Below, piece by piece: positions 1 to 8,720 of a stretch of DNA of 64,000 nucleotides. Position 1 is the first letter of the stretch. Each line of letters starts with the position of its first letter. A program made the translations under genes and the position numbers. Location of the stretch: IMG/VR virus record IMGVR_UViG_3300037467_001075, positions 1,820-65,819 of that record. The stretch is one strand, 5' to 3'. The notes under the pieces are model-generated. The model did no database searches. It was not told the DNA's origin and was given only the letters and a program-made list of their open reading frames with translations. The DNA comes from a virus (lineage: Duplodnaviria > Caudoviricetes).

Positions 1-555
1 AACCATTTCATGAAGAACGACTCTGAGAAGAAATCCAAGCGGGCTTCAGTGATGGGCCCGTGTATTCAGTCAGTCACATTGACCCAGATCAAGGGCGGCA
101 AGAATGCCTCCTATGCAATCGACGTCTTCTATCGAACGACTGAACTGCTCAAGAAGTTTCCCGCGGATTTGATCTTCATCCGCGATGTGCTCCTCAAAGA
201 CTTCGACTTTTCCGGCATGGAATTTCTCGGGATGACTTGTCATTTCGCCAATGTTACAGTCCACCCGATGTATTTCGTCACGCTGATCCCACACCTGGAG
301 GATCCCGTTGCCGAGCTTGAGCGCATCAAGAAGAAGGATCGATATTTCTATGACTGGATCATCAAGTGGACTGCGCGTTATGTATGCGAGGAACACTATC
401 GAGGCATCCAGAAGTTCGCACAGGCGCTCCGCGTGAAGATGGATGCTGACAAACGCATCAAAGGTCGTCGCCGTCGTGAGCTAATCGACTACCTGCGCGC
501 CAATCACCCAGGTCATAACAATGACTATGTAGACCCCGATGGAGACGATGAATGA
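1..555 (+). CDS. Divergent thymidylate-synthase-fold protein (5' probably truncated by window edge)
   Basis: Frame is open to base 1; PC motif (GPCIQS) followed by FYRTTELLKKFPADL, which aligns to the TS RSxD-x7-N/D segment; stop overlaps next TS gene (ATGA). Confidence 0.6.
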   Translation, partial: NHFMKNDSEKKSKRASVMGPCIQSVTLTQIKGGKNASYAIDVFYRTTELLKKFPADLIFIRDVLLKDFDFSGMEFLGMTCHFANVTVHPMYFVTLIPHLEDPVAELERIKKKDRYFYDWIIKWTARYVCEEHYRGIQKFAQALRVKMDADKRIKGRRRRELIDYLRANHPGHNNDYVDPDGDDE

Positions 556-1403
556 GGCCTTATCAATTCCCCACGTTTGCGGCAGCTTGTGAACAGTTGT
601 CGCATCGCCTACGCTACAAGTCCAGCCTTGTGCATTCTGCGCGTTGGCAGGGAGCTGACATCGCTGCTCGACCCGAGATGGCTACGCACGAACTGACCCA
701 TACAGCTTTCTGTGTTCCGCTGCCCCATGAAGATCGGGATCTATACGCTGCCGACATTCGACCCAACATGCCATGGGCTGAGGATCACTTCCGCGAACGC
801 GTCTGTGGTCGACCGATCAATCCGGGTGTCGAGTGGCAGAACTGGCCGTTCAGTAAGTCAGCTGCATCGTTCCTCGACGCTCGAGGCAAGTTCAATCATA
901 ACTACATGGAGAGGTATTGGCCTAAGCTTGCCGGCAAGGTTGCTGAACCCACCCATACGGTTGAAGGCTTCGATCACTTCCTCGAGCGTGACAACATCAA
1001 CGTCCATGATCCGCACACCGGCATCATGTATGAGTACGGAGACCTAGGCGATGTCGTGGCGCTGCTTGCTAATGATCCATATACGCGACAGGCTTATCTT
1101 CCAGTGTGGTTTCCCGAAGACACTGGCGGCGGGTCGAAGCGCGCTCCTTGCACAATTGGCTACCACTTTCTCATGCGAGACGGAAGGCTCGACATCAACT
1201 ATCACATCCGCTCCTGTGACTTTGTCCGTCATTTCCGGGACGACCTCTACCTCACCGTCCGCCTAGTTCTGTGGATGCTCGAGGCTTGTCGTCTCTGCAA
1301 CAGCGACTGGAACGATGTCGTCCCGGGTTTGTTCGTTATGCAGATCGGATCACTTCATATCTTCCGCAATGACTACCACATGCTGTATGGAGCGCCTCGA
1401 TGA
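552..1403 (+). CDS. Thymidylate-synthase family protein, dCMP-hydroxymethylase-like
   Basis: TRQA, catalytic PC (APCTIGYHF), RSCDFVRHFRDD and GSLHIF motifs; Asp at the specificity position as in T4 gp42. Confidence 0.85.
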   Translation: MRPYQFPTFAAACEQLSHRLRYKSSLVHSARWQGADIAARPEMATHELTHTAFCVPLPHEDRDLYAADIRPNMPWAEDHFRERVCGRPINPGVEWQNWPFSKSAASFLDARGKFNHNYMERYWPKLAGKVAEPTHTVEGFDHFLERDNINVHDPHTGIMYEYGDLGDVVALLANDPYTRQAYLPVWFPEDTGGGSKRAPCTIGYHFLMRDGRLDINYHIRSCDFVRHFRDDLYLTVRLVLWMLEACRLCNSDWNDVVPGLFVMQIGSLHIFRNDYHMLYGAPR

Positions 1404-1603
1404 AGTTGAGCTGTCTGTATGACATCGGCAATCGCGTCTTGATCGACAGCGACAAGGATATGCCGGTCACGATCTGTCAGGTTAAGTTCTCGCTCGCCAC
1501 GGGTAACTGCCTGATGATCTGGTATCTGTGTTCCTGGATCCACAACGGCGATGCGAAGAATGACTGGATCGAGGAATGGCGCTTGTCCCCGTGGAAGGAA
1601 TAA
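1400..1603 (+). CDS. Hypothetical protein
   Basis: 67 aa ORF coupled to upstream gene by ATGA overlap. Confidence 0.6.
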   Translation: MKLSCLYDIGNRVLIDSDKDMPVTICQVKFSLATGNCLMIWYLCSWIHNGDAKNDWIEEWRLSPWKE

Positions 1604-1610
1604 CCAACAG

Positions 1611-2117
1611 ATGAGGTATAGTCGTGAAAATATGTTCATGGACATGGCTCGAGCAGCATCGAAGCGTTCTACGTGCAGTCGACTTAACGTTGGCAGTCTG
1701 GTGGTGTGTGCTAACAATCCAATTAGTGTTGGATATAACGGGGCCGCGTCCGGTCAGCCACACTGCCTCGGTAATGAGTGTCCTGGCATGGTCCCTGGCC
1801 ATTGCCCTGCTATCCATGCTGAGGCCAACGCGCTCCGTAAGGCTGGAGAGTTACTTCCGGCAGGTACTGACGTTGACCTCTATCTTACTCACAGTCCATG
1901 CTCTCCGTGCGCTCTACTTGTGGTCAATTCCGATCTATGGGTTCGTCGCATCTTCTTTGAAATCCCTTACCGATCAACTCAGCACTTAGGGATGTTCGAG
2001 GGTTCCTACACGAAGCCCCATGACCCGGGACGCACTGGACGAACGGAAGTTTACGAGGTCACGCCGGCAGGTTATATTGTCGAGTACTTTACCCGAAAGG
2101 TCGTAGAACTCCCGTGA
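1611..2117 (+). CDS. dCMP deaminase (Zn-dependent)
   Basis: RSTC, GYNG, HAEANA and SPCSPC motifs; start placed at ATG 1611. Confidence 0.9.
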   Translation: MRYSRENMFMDMARAASKRSTCSRLNVGSLVVCANNPISVGYNGAASGQPHCLGNECPGMVPGHCPAIHAEANALRKAGELLPAGTDVDLYLTHSPCSPCALLVVNSDLWVRRIFFEIPYRSTQHLGMFEGSYTKPHDPGRTGRTEVYEVTPAGYIVEYFTRKVVELP

Positions 2118-2347
2118 CTGACCATAGAGCCCCTCCTGAGTTACTGTCGAAGGATGAGGAAGCAGCACTCCTGGCTCAGGCCGAGCAACTGTGGGAGGAT
2201 CTGCAACGAAATAACCTCGGCGGTTTCTCCGGGATTAATCGTCCTTTCTACATTCTACATGAGTTCAGGAGAGTGATTGAGCAATTCGGTCATCGGGATG
2301 TTGGGCTGACCTGGTCGAAGAATGATTTGGATGCTATCCCGAAATGA
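2114..2347 (+). CDS. Hypothetical protein
   Basis: 77 aa ORF overlapping both neighbours by 4 nt. Confidence 0.6.
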   Translation: MTDHRAPPELLSKDEEAALLAQAEQLWEDLQRNNLGGFSGINRPFYILHEFRRVIEQFGHRDVGLTWSKNDLDAIPK

Positions 2348-4947
2348 ACCGTAAAGAAGTCATGGTCGTCGGGGAAAGTCCCGACATCAATCCACGTGCC
2401 AAGAAAATCTTGATGGAGGCTATGCTGGAGGCTGGCTTCGAAGAGGACGATTTCCGGTGGGCTAACGTCTTGGAAATGTCGCCACCTGAAGGCAAGAACA
2501 TCACCAAGACGATGGTGAAAAACGCTCGACCGAAGATCCTGTCAAAGCTCGACCGCAAGGATCCTCGGTTCGTTGTGCTCATGGGCAACACTCCCTGTCA
2601 GGCGGTACTCGACAAGACGGGCATCACCAAGTTACGCGGCAAACCCTTCGAAGAGAATGGTCGCGTATTCCTGCCGATCCTTCACCCCAACCAAGCACTC
2701 CACGATGACAAGTGGATCGACGTTATCCAGGCCGACATCAAACGTCTAGCCGACTGCGTGAAGTTCGGTGGCATACCTGAAGAACGAGGCCTCGACTATC
2801 AGATCGTCGATGACTGGGACAAAGTCAAGGCGATGCTCAAGGACCTGACCGGTCTAGTCGCTACCGACCTCGAAACATCGCGCCTCTACCCCTTCACAAC
2901 GATGCAGGACGAGCTGATCGAGTCCGGTCGTGCGTCGAAGGAGTTGCTGCGTCAGCACAAAGAAACTCACGGGTCGAACAACCTACCACGTGTCGTGGCT
3001 ATGCAGTTCGGTTGTCGGAAACGTCAGTGGGTTGTGCCGATGGAAACGGCGGGTATATGGACCCGCAAGCAACTCGAGAAGATTGTCAAACTCGTTACCC
3101 GCAAATTGCGGAAGTGCAAGAATGTATTCCACAACGGGAAGTTCGATTGCCTGTGGATGCTCGTTCGCTTCGGCGTCAAGTGGACAGTCGATGATGACAC
3201 CATGCTCGCTCACTATATGCTGGACGAGAATGATCGGCATGACCTGAAATATCTTGCACAGAAGTTTCTCGGTGCTCCTGACTGGAACATCGACGGGAAG
3301 GAGAAAACATCCTGGTCGCCGGCGAACGCCAAGTATGCCGCACATGACGTCTACTATACGCGCAAGCTCCGAGCAGTGCTTCGCAAGATGCTCAACGAGG
3401 ATCATGATACTCGTCGAGTCTACAAGCTCATCATGGTACCCTGCATCAAAATGTTCATTGAGGCTGAGTTCAATGGCGTCGCTGTTGACCTCGACAAGAT
3501 GGACGATGCCGAGATTTATCTTCGTGAAGAATTAGCTAAGGCCGAGAAGAACCTTGAGAAGTGGGCCAAGAAAGCCGTCCTTGTTGACAAGAAGGGCGCG
3601 AACAAAGGCAAGATCAACTGGGGATCACCACAGCAACTTGCCGACCTTCTGTTCAATCAGCTCAAGATCAAGCCTCTCGCTGAGTGGAAGACGAAGACCG
3701 GATACAGCACAGCAGAGTCTGTGCTCAAGCAGATCGATCACCCCATGGTCGGTGACCTGCTCAAGTATCGTGGTCACAAGCAACAGCTATCATTCTTCAT
3801 TGAGGGTTGGAAGCCTTACATTGACCTAGAGGGTCGACTGCACCCGAGCTTCAAGTTACACGGCACGGTCACCGGTCGACTATCATGTGAGAACCCGAAC
3901 CTTCAGCAGGTGCCTCGTGACCCAAGGATCCGCAGCCTAATCACCGCGCCGCCGGGATGGGTTCTCATCGAAATGGACCTGTCGCAGATCGAACTGCGTA
4001 TTGCTGCGGAACTTGCCAACGAGTTCAACCTCCTACGGGTGTTCGTCAATGGTGGTGATCCCCACTGGGAGACTGCGATCCGAGAGATTGAACGCGGCGG
4101 CGGATACAAGAAGGAAGTCATCAAGACTGCCAAGCTCCACAGTGGTGGCGTCAAGATGGGTTACAGTGAGGCTATCGAATACGTCCTGAAGATGGGCGGC
4201 GACGAAGCAGTCGAGACTGTGGCGAAGTGGGCCGAGACGAAAGCACTCGAACCCTTCATGGACTGGAAGGAAACCAGGAAGAAGGCGAAGGCGATCAACT
4301 TCGGATACCTCTACGGCATGTGGTGGAAGAAGTTCAAGATCTACGCTCGCGACAACTACGGGGTGGAGGTGAATGATGCTGAGGCGCAAGCGAGTAGGGA
4401 AGCTTTCTTCGAGCTTTATCCTAGTTTCACAGCATGGCACGATAAACAGCGGCGTTTTGCTCAGGTCAACGGTTATGTGCGGTCCCTCTCCGGACGGAAA
4501 CGGCGCCTACCTGCTGCGATGGGAGGTCGAGATACCCCAGAAAGAAGAGAAGCCCAACGTCAGGCAATCAATTCTCCTGTTCAAAGCTTCGCTAATGAGC
4601 TTAACCTCATGGCTGCGTTACAAATGCGGCGTGAGTTCAAGAAAGCATGGTTCCGCATCTGTGGGACAGTTCACGATGCGATCCTGATGTGGGTTCGGAT
4701 CGATATGGTCGAGCACGTATATAACCGCGGGCTCGAGATTATGTCGCATCCTGATCTACTCGAAGACTTCGAGATTGAGATGAGCGTTCCGATTGAGGCT
4801 GAGGCGAAGATCGGCGCATGGAGCACCGGAAAGGGACTGAAGAAGTGGCTAGAGGAACAATCAAAGATCGTCGAGCAGCGCGTAAGCAAAGAGAAGCGCA
4901 GTTCATCCTCACACCGACCGCGGCAGCTGCAGCTCGAGTTGGAATAG
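2344..4947 (+). CDS. Family A DNA polymerase with N-terminal uracil-DNA-glycosylase-like domain and 3'-5' exonuclease
   Basis: VVGESPD...LHPN (UDG family 4-like), DLETS, HNGKFD, YAAHD, TGRLS, DLSQIELR, RKKAKAINFGYLYG, VHDAI. Confidence 0.95.
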   Translation: MNRKEVMVVGESPDINPRAKKILMEAMLEAGFEEDDFRWANVLEMSPPEGKNITKTMVKNARPKILSKLDRKDPRFVVLMGNTPCQAVLDKTGITKLRGKPFEENGRVFLPILHPNQALHDDKWIDVIQADIKRLADCVKFGGIPEERGLDYQIVDDWDKVKAMLKDLTGLVATDLETSRLYPFTTMQDELIESGRASKELLRQHKETHGSNNLPRVVAMQFGCRKRQWVVPMETAGIWTRKQLEKIVKLVTRKLRKCKNVFHNGKFDCLWMLVRFGVKWTVDDDTMLAHYMLDENDRHDLKYLAQKFLGAPDWNIDGKEKTSWSPANAKYAAHDVYYTRKLRAVLRKMLNEDHDTRRVYKLIMVPCIKMFIEAEFNGVAVDLDKMDDAEIYLREELAKAEKNLEKWAKKAVLVDKKGANKGKINWGSPQQLADLLFNQLKIKPLAEWKTKTGYSTAESVLKQIDHPMVGDLLKYRGHKQQLSFFIEGWKPYIDLEGRLHPSFKLHGTVTGRLSCENPNLQQVPRDPRIRSLITAPPGWVLIEMDLSQIELRIAAELANEFNLLRVFVNGGDPHWETAIREIERGGGYKKEVIKTAKLHSGGVKMGYSEAIEYVLKMGGDEAVETVAKWAETKALEPFMDWKETRKKAKAINFGYLYGMWWKKFKIYARDNYGVEVNDAEAQASREAFFELYPSFTAWHDKQRRFAQVNGYVRSLSGRKRRLPAAMGGRDTPERREAQRQAINSPVQSFANELNLMAALQMRREFKKAWFRICGTVHDAILMWVRIDMVEHVYNRGLEIMSHPDLLEDFEIEMSVPIEAEAKIGAWSTGKGLKKWLEEQSKIVEQRVSKEKRSSSSHRPRQLQLELE

Positions 4948-5999
4948 GCCACAACAAGGGGCCTGAGTGGAAGGAGGCTCCCGAGCACGACCACAGCCGG
5001 GTGTTGATGGCCGATGGCCAGATCAACATCAGCCAATCAAAGGTGAAAACCTACAGGAACTGTCGGCGAGCGTTCCACAACAAGTTCGTGCTCGGCATCC
5101 AAAAGAAAAAGAAAACACGGCCACTCATGTTCGGGTCCATCGTTCACGAGGTGATCGAGGCTCACATGGAAGGCAAGAAGTGGCGCAAGGTTCTTCGTAA
5201 GCTCGAAAAGGAACTCGGTCCCATGTTCCGCAAGGAACGAGAAATGTATGGGAACATCCTCAAAGACATCGAATACATCATGGAGGACTACTTCGAGTAT
5301 TGGGAAGGATCGATCAAGCCAATCGTTCATGACGGACGAAGCAGTGAGTATGAGTTCCGCATCGAACTGGACGACGGGCTCTGGTTTACTGGGAAGATCG
5401 ACGCGGTCGTCCGTGCCCGTAAGATGAAGTGGATTATGGAACACAAGACGTTCAACCGTATGCCGAGCGAGCATGAGCGGTGGAGGTCGGTGCAGGGATC
5501 AGTCTACTTCCGTGCTGCTGAGGAAATGGGATTTCCCACACTCGACGGCGTTCTGTGGGACTATGTCAGCAGCAAGCCATGCAATGTTCCCGGTGAATTG
5601 ACCGCCACAGGCAAGATCAGTCAGGCTCGAATAGATACGCTACCGTCCCGCGTAAATGCGTGGATCGAAGAGGAGGGTCACAAACCCAAGGACTTCAAGA
5701 AGATGCTTGCTGACGCGGAAGCGAACAGGCGTAACCGGTTCATTCGTGTCTTTAGTCCAGTCAAGCCTCGAGTGGTCGACAATATCTGGAATGACTTCGT
5801 CGATACGGCAAAAGAAATCCAGGATAACTTCGGCAAGAAAACCGATCAGAACATCGGCAGGCACTGCTCGTGGTGCGATTATCAGCTCCTGTGCGAGGCT
5901 GAGGTGAAGGACTCCGACCTCGAGTGGTTGCTCAAGCGTGAGTATCAGTCCGAGGACCTTAGTCACAAGCGTGAAAACAAGGACCGGACCGAGGACTAG
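4818..5999 (+). CDS. PD-(D/E)XK RecB/Cas4-like exonuclease (probable start GTG 4845)
   Basis: ISQS..C, FGSIVHE, GKID..EHKT, C-terminal CSWCDYQLLC cysteines. Confidence 0.85.
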   Translation: MEHRKGTEEVARGTIKDRRAARKQREAQFILTPTAAAAARVGIGHNKGPEWKEAPEHDHSRVLMADGQINISQSKVKTYRNCRRAFHNKFVLGIQKKKKTRPLMFGSIVHEVIEAHMEGKKWRKVLRKLEKELGPMFRKEREMYGNILKDIEYIMEDYFEYWEGSIKPIVHDGRSSEYEFRIELDDGLWFTGKIDAVVRARKMKWIMEHKTFNRMPSEHERWRSVQGSVYFRAAEEMGFPTLDGVLWDYVSSKPCNVPGELTATGKISQARIDTLPSRVNAWIEEEGHKPKDFKKMLADAEANRRNRFIRVFSPVKPRVVDNIWNDFVDTAKEIQDNFGKKTDQNIGRHCSWCDYQLLCEAEVKDSDLEWLLKREYQSEDLSHKRENKDRTED

Positions 6000-6002
6000 G
6001 GG

Positions 6003-6046
6003 TTGACTTCGGGGTAGGTTTGCTGTAGAACGACCAACCTACCCCG
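6003..6046 (+). promoter_or_regulatory. Sigma70-type promoter overlapped by an 11-bp inverted repeat
   Basis: TTGACT-17-TAGAAC; CGGGGTAGGTT (6010-6020) / AACCTACCCCG (6036-6046). Confidence 0.6.
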
Positions 6047-6063
6047 GAAAGGTAAATCGACAC

Positions 6064-6879
6064 ATGGCGACAACCGTTCGCAAAGAAGACCGCGCTCCTG
6101 GCGCTAAGCCTATCAGCGAAGTCAAACGGAATTCATCTGCTGCACTATACGGTCGAAGTGGTACCGGCAAGACGACACTCGCCGCGTCGTGGCCGAAGCC
6201 AATTCTCTACCTGAACATCAAGGACAACGGCGAAGAGTCCATCAGCGATGTCGAAGGGATCGACGCGGTGGACATCGAGACCAGTGAAGACCTGCTCGAG
6301 CAGATCCTCTGGCTCCACAAGAAGGCATCGAAGGGCAAGCTGGTCTATAAGACCGTCGTTCTGGATACGATGTCACAGCTTCAACGAGTGCTCACAGAAG
6401 AAATGGGCGCAACCAAGAAAATACCAAAGGGCAAACGCGCCGGAGACTTCGGCGTTCTTACGCGTCAGGATTGGGGAAAGATCAGTGGTGACCTCATCAA
6501 GGTCATCATGGATATCCGCGCACTCCCAGTGAACTCGGTATTCATTGCTCAGGAGCGCGTCTTCAACGCAGGGGACGAAGAAGACGATGGCGTCGATCAG
6601 CTTGCTCCTGAGGTTGGCACTAAGCTGATGCCGTCCGTGAACAAGGACCTATGCGCCAGTGTCAACATCGTCGGCAATACCTTCATCCGCATCAAGGTAA
6701 CGAAGAAGAAAGTCGACGGCAAGACCGAGAAGGTTATCAAGAAACAATTCTGTTTGCGGTTAGGCCCGAACGAGGTCTACACCACGAAGATCCGTAAGCC
6801 CAAGGGGATCGAGGCTCCGGATTTCATCGTAGATCCCACGTACCGGAAGATCATAGACATCGTGAAAGGAAAAGACTGA
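6064..6879 (+). CDS. AAA_24 / Sak4-like recombination ATPase
   Basis: YGRSGTGKTT Walker A, VVLDT Walker B, QDWG; lies between exonuclease and SSB. Confidence 0.85.
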   Translation: MATTVRKEDRAPGAKPISEVKRNSSAALYGRSGTGKTTLAASWPKPILYLNIKDNGEESISDVEGIDAVDIETSEDLLEQILWLHKKASKGKLVYKTVVLDTMSQLQRVLTEEMGATKKIPKGKRAGDFGVLTRQDWGKISGDLIKVIMDIRALPVNSVFIAQERVFNAGDEEDDGVDQLAPEVGTKLMPSVNKDLCASVNIVGNTFIRIKVTKKKVDGKTEKVIKKQFCLRLGPNEVYTTKIRKPKGIEAPDFIVDPTYRKIIDIVKGKD

Positions 6880-6881
6880 AC

Positions 6882-7829
6882 ATGGCACGTAGGAAAGCCA
6901 AATCGTCGTCGGTGAAGGTAAACTTCAAGGGCGTCGAAAGCCGGCAGACACCGGCAGAGGGCGATTATCCGTTCAAGGTCCTTGAGGCCGTGAGCGGTGT
7001 GTCGTCCAACAAGAACGACCAGATCGAGGTCACCGCCGAAATCTACAAGGGCGAGTACAAGGGCTACAAGGGGTATATCTACTTCCCCTTGCAGGAGAAC
7101 AGCCTGTGGAAGCTTCACGCTTTCCTGACGGCCCTCGGCGAGGAAGTGCCCGAGGACGAGATGGACATCGATCTGTCCGAGCTGGTCGACAAGGAGTTCG
7201 TCGGTGTTCTCACCCACGAGACCTACAACGGCCGGAAGCGCGCCAAGCTCACCGACTTCGACAGCATCGACAACTACTCGGGCGGCGATGACGACGAGAA
7301 GGGCGGCAAGGGCAAGAAGGGCGCCGGCAAGAAGTCGAAGTCCAAGAAGGTCAGCCGCTCGGACGTCGAGGAAATGGACGAGGACGAACTTCAGGAACTG
7401 CTCGAGGAGCATGACCTGGAGGACGAAGTCGACCTCGACGACCACAAGAAGCTGCCGAAGAAGATCGCCGCGGTGATCGAGGCGCTCGAGGAAGCCGACC
7501 TGCTCGACGACGGCGACGGGGATGACGACGAGGACGACAAGAAGTCGTCGAAGTCCAAGAAGTCCGGCAAGGGCAAGAAGTCCAAGGACGACGATGACGA
7601 CGAAGACGAGGATGACAAGAAGTCCTCGAAGAAGTCGGGCAAGGGCGGCAAGAAGAAGCCCAAGAAGATCGACCGCGACGACGTGGAAGACATGGACGAA
7701 GATGACCTCCAGGAGCTCATCGACGAACATGATCTGGACGTAGATCTGGACGATCACAAGAAGATCGGCAAAAAGCGCGAGGCTGTGATCGACGCGCTTG
7801 AAGACGAGGATCTGCTCGAAGACGAGTAA
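6882..7829 (+). CDS. DUF669-like ssDNA-binding protein with two acidic helical repeats
   Basis: PAEGDY, SLWKL..FL.ALG, DLSELVDK, HETYNG; duplicated DVEEMDEDELQELL unit; position after Sak4. Confidence 0.7.
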   Translation: MARRKAKSSSVKVNFKGVESRQTPAEGDYPFKVLEAVSGVSSNKNDQIEVTAEIYKGEYKGYKGYIYFPLQENSLWKLHAFLTALGEEVPEDEMDIDLSELVDKEFVGVLTHETYNGRKRAKLTDFDSIDNYSGGDDDEKGGKGKKGAGKKSKSKKVSRSDVEEMDEDELQELLEEHDLEDEVDLDDHKKLPKKIAAVIEALEEADLLDDGDGDDDEDDKKSSKSKKSGKGKKSKDDDDDEDEDDKKSSKKSGKGGKKKPKKIDRDDVEDMDEDDLQELIDEHDLDVDLDDHKKIGKKREAVIDALEDEDLLEDE

Positions 7830-7844
7830 TCCCATCTTCCGGGG

Positions 7845-7877
7845 AAGGGCGTCGGGTCATACCGGCGCCCTTTTTCT
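7845..7877 (+). terminator. Rho-independent terminator
   Basis: AAGGGCGTCGG-loop-CCGGCGCCCTT followed by T run. Confidence 0.85.
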
Positions 7878-7888
7878 AGGAGCATATC

Positions 7889-8083
7889 ATGAGCGTAAGA
7901 AAGTTTCCGTTCGGTCTTGACCGTGAACGTCTCACCGAACAGTTCGAAGCAATTACTGCGGGATTGAAGTCTGGCGAAGTCATCCCACAGGCGGTCACGT
8001 ATTCGGAAGACGAAATACAAGATGACTTCCAAATGCGGACCGTGACACTTAAGTTCGCCATGAAAGGAGCCACCGATGGCTAA
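7889..8083 (+). CDS. Hypothetical protein
   Basis: 64 aa ORF with AGGAG RBS. Confidence 0.65.
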   Translation: MSVRKFPFGLDRERLTEQFEAITAGLKSGEVIPQAVTYSEDEIQDDFQMRTVTLKFAMKGATDG

Positions 8084-8192
8084 CTGGAACGACGATGTGA
8101 GCAGAGCGAAGACTTGGGCAACCGGTCACCTCGTTCTCGCGGGCATCATCTGTGGGCTCGCCGGCATTCTCGTCGGCGCGCTTCTCTTCTAA
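8076..8192 (+). CDS. Small membrane peptide (38 aa, not in ORF track)
   Basis: AAGGAG RBS; MANWNDDVSRAKTWATGHLVLAGIICGLAGILVGALLF with one TM helix. Confidence 0.6.
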   Translation: MANWNDDVSRAKTWATGHLVLAGIICGLAGILVGALLF

Positions 8193-8210
8193 CCGTTCGG
8201 GCCATGAACC

Positions 8211-8720
8211 TTGAGCAAGAAAACAGAAACCCGGCTCCAGCAACGCATCAGGAAGGCGCTGCTCAAGGAGTGCGGGGGCAAGTGGTTTAAGGTTCATGGC
8301 TCGGCGTTCCAGGAAAGTGGCCAACCGGACATCATCGGTTGCGTTGATGGCCTCTTCTTTGGCTTCGAAGTCAAAGTCCCTCTCACCGGAAAGCCTTCAG
8401 AACTTCAACTCGAGACTCTCGCTGAGTGGAGGGAACAGGCGGCGGTCGCGTGTATCGTGGAAAGTCCTTCGCAAGCAGTATCCCTGGTTAAAGCAGCTAC
8501 GGCGTCACCAGAGAAGAGGCGTCGAGGCGATCGTCTCTACAAATGGATTTGCCGCACTCTTCGCTCAACGCACGGGGAAGACTTGGGTTACGGGCGTAGT
8601 CCTAACAATAGAAAGAAACGTGTCCCTCGACGTTCTGCTCGTTGGGCCACTGACCAATTTAGAAAGCACCTGGGGAAAGTTCCTACGGGAACGTCTGCCT
8701 TGGTACTCGGTGCACCGTAG
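8211..8720 (+). CDS. VRR-NUC domain nuclease
   Basis: ETRLQ, G.PDII, GFEVK, SELQ; domain ends near residue 95 and the remainder looks like off-frame helicase sequence. Confidence 0.85.
   Translation: MSKKTETRLQQRIRKALLKECGGKWFKVHGSAFQESGQPDIIGCVDGLFFGFEVKVPLTGKPSELQLETLAEWREQAAVACIVESPSQAVSLVKAATASPEKRRRGDRLYKWICRTLRSTHGEDLGYGRSPNNRKKRVPRRSARWATDQFRKHLGKVPTGTSALVLGAP

Noticed and set aside
552-1403. Annotation as ordinary thymidylate synthase ThyA
   Set aside because: Asp rather than Asn at the specificity position and an intact ThyX elsewhere
2344-4947. Intein or intron in polymerase (also checked by eye in TerL, helicase, primase)
   Set aside because: Insertions are short, lack C/S...HN splice motifs and homing endonuclease motifs, and frames are continuous
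4818-5999. Cas4-like nuclease as sign of a CRISPR system
   Set aside because: No cas1/cas2 or repeat-spacer array seen; sits in the usual exonuclease-Sak4-SSB recombination module
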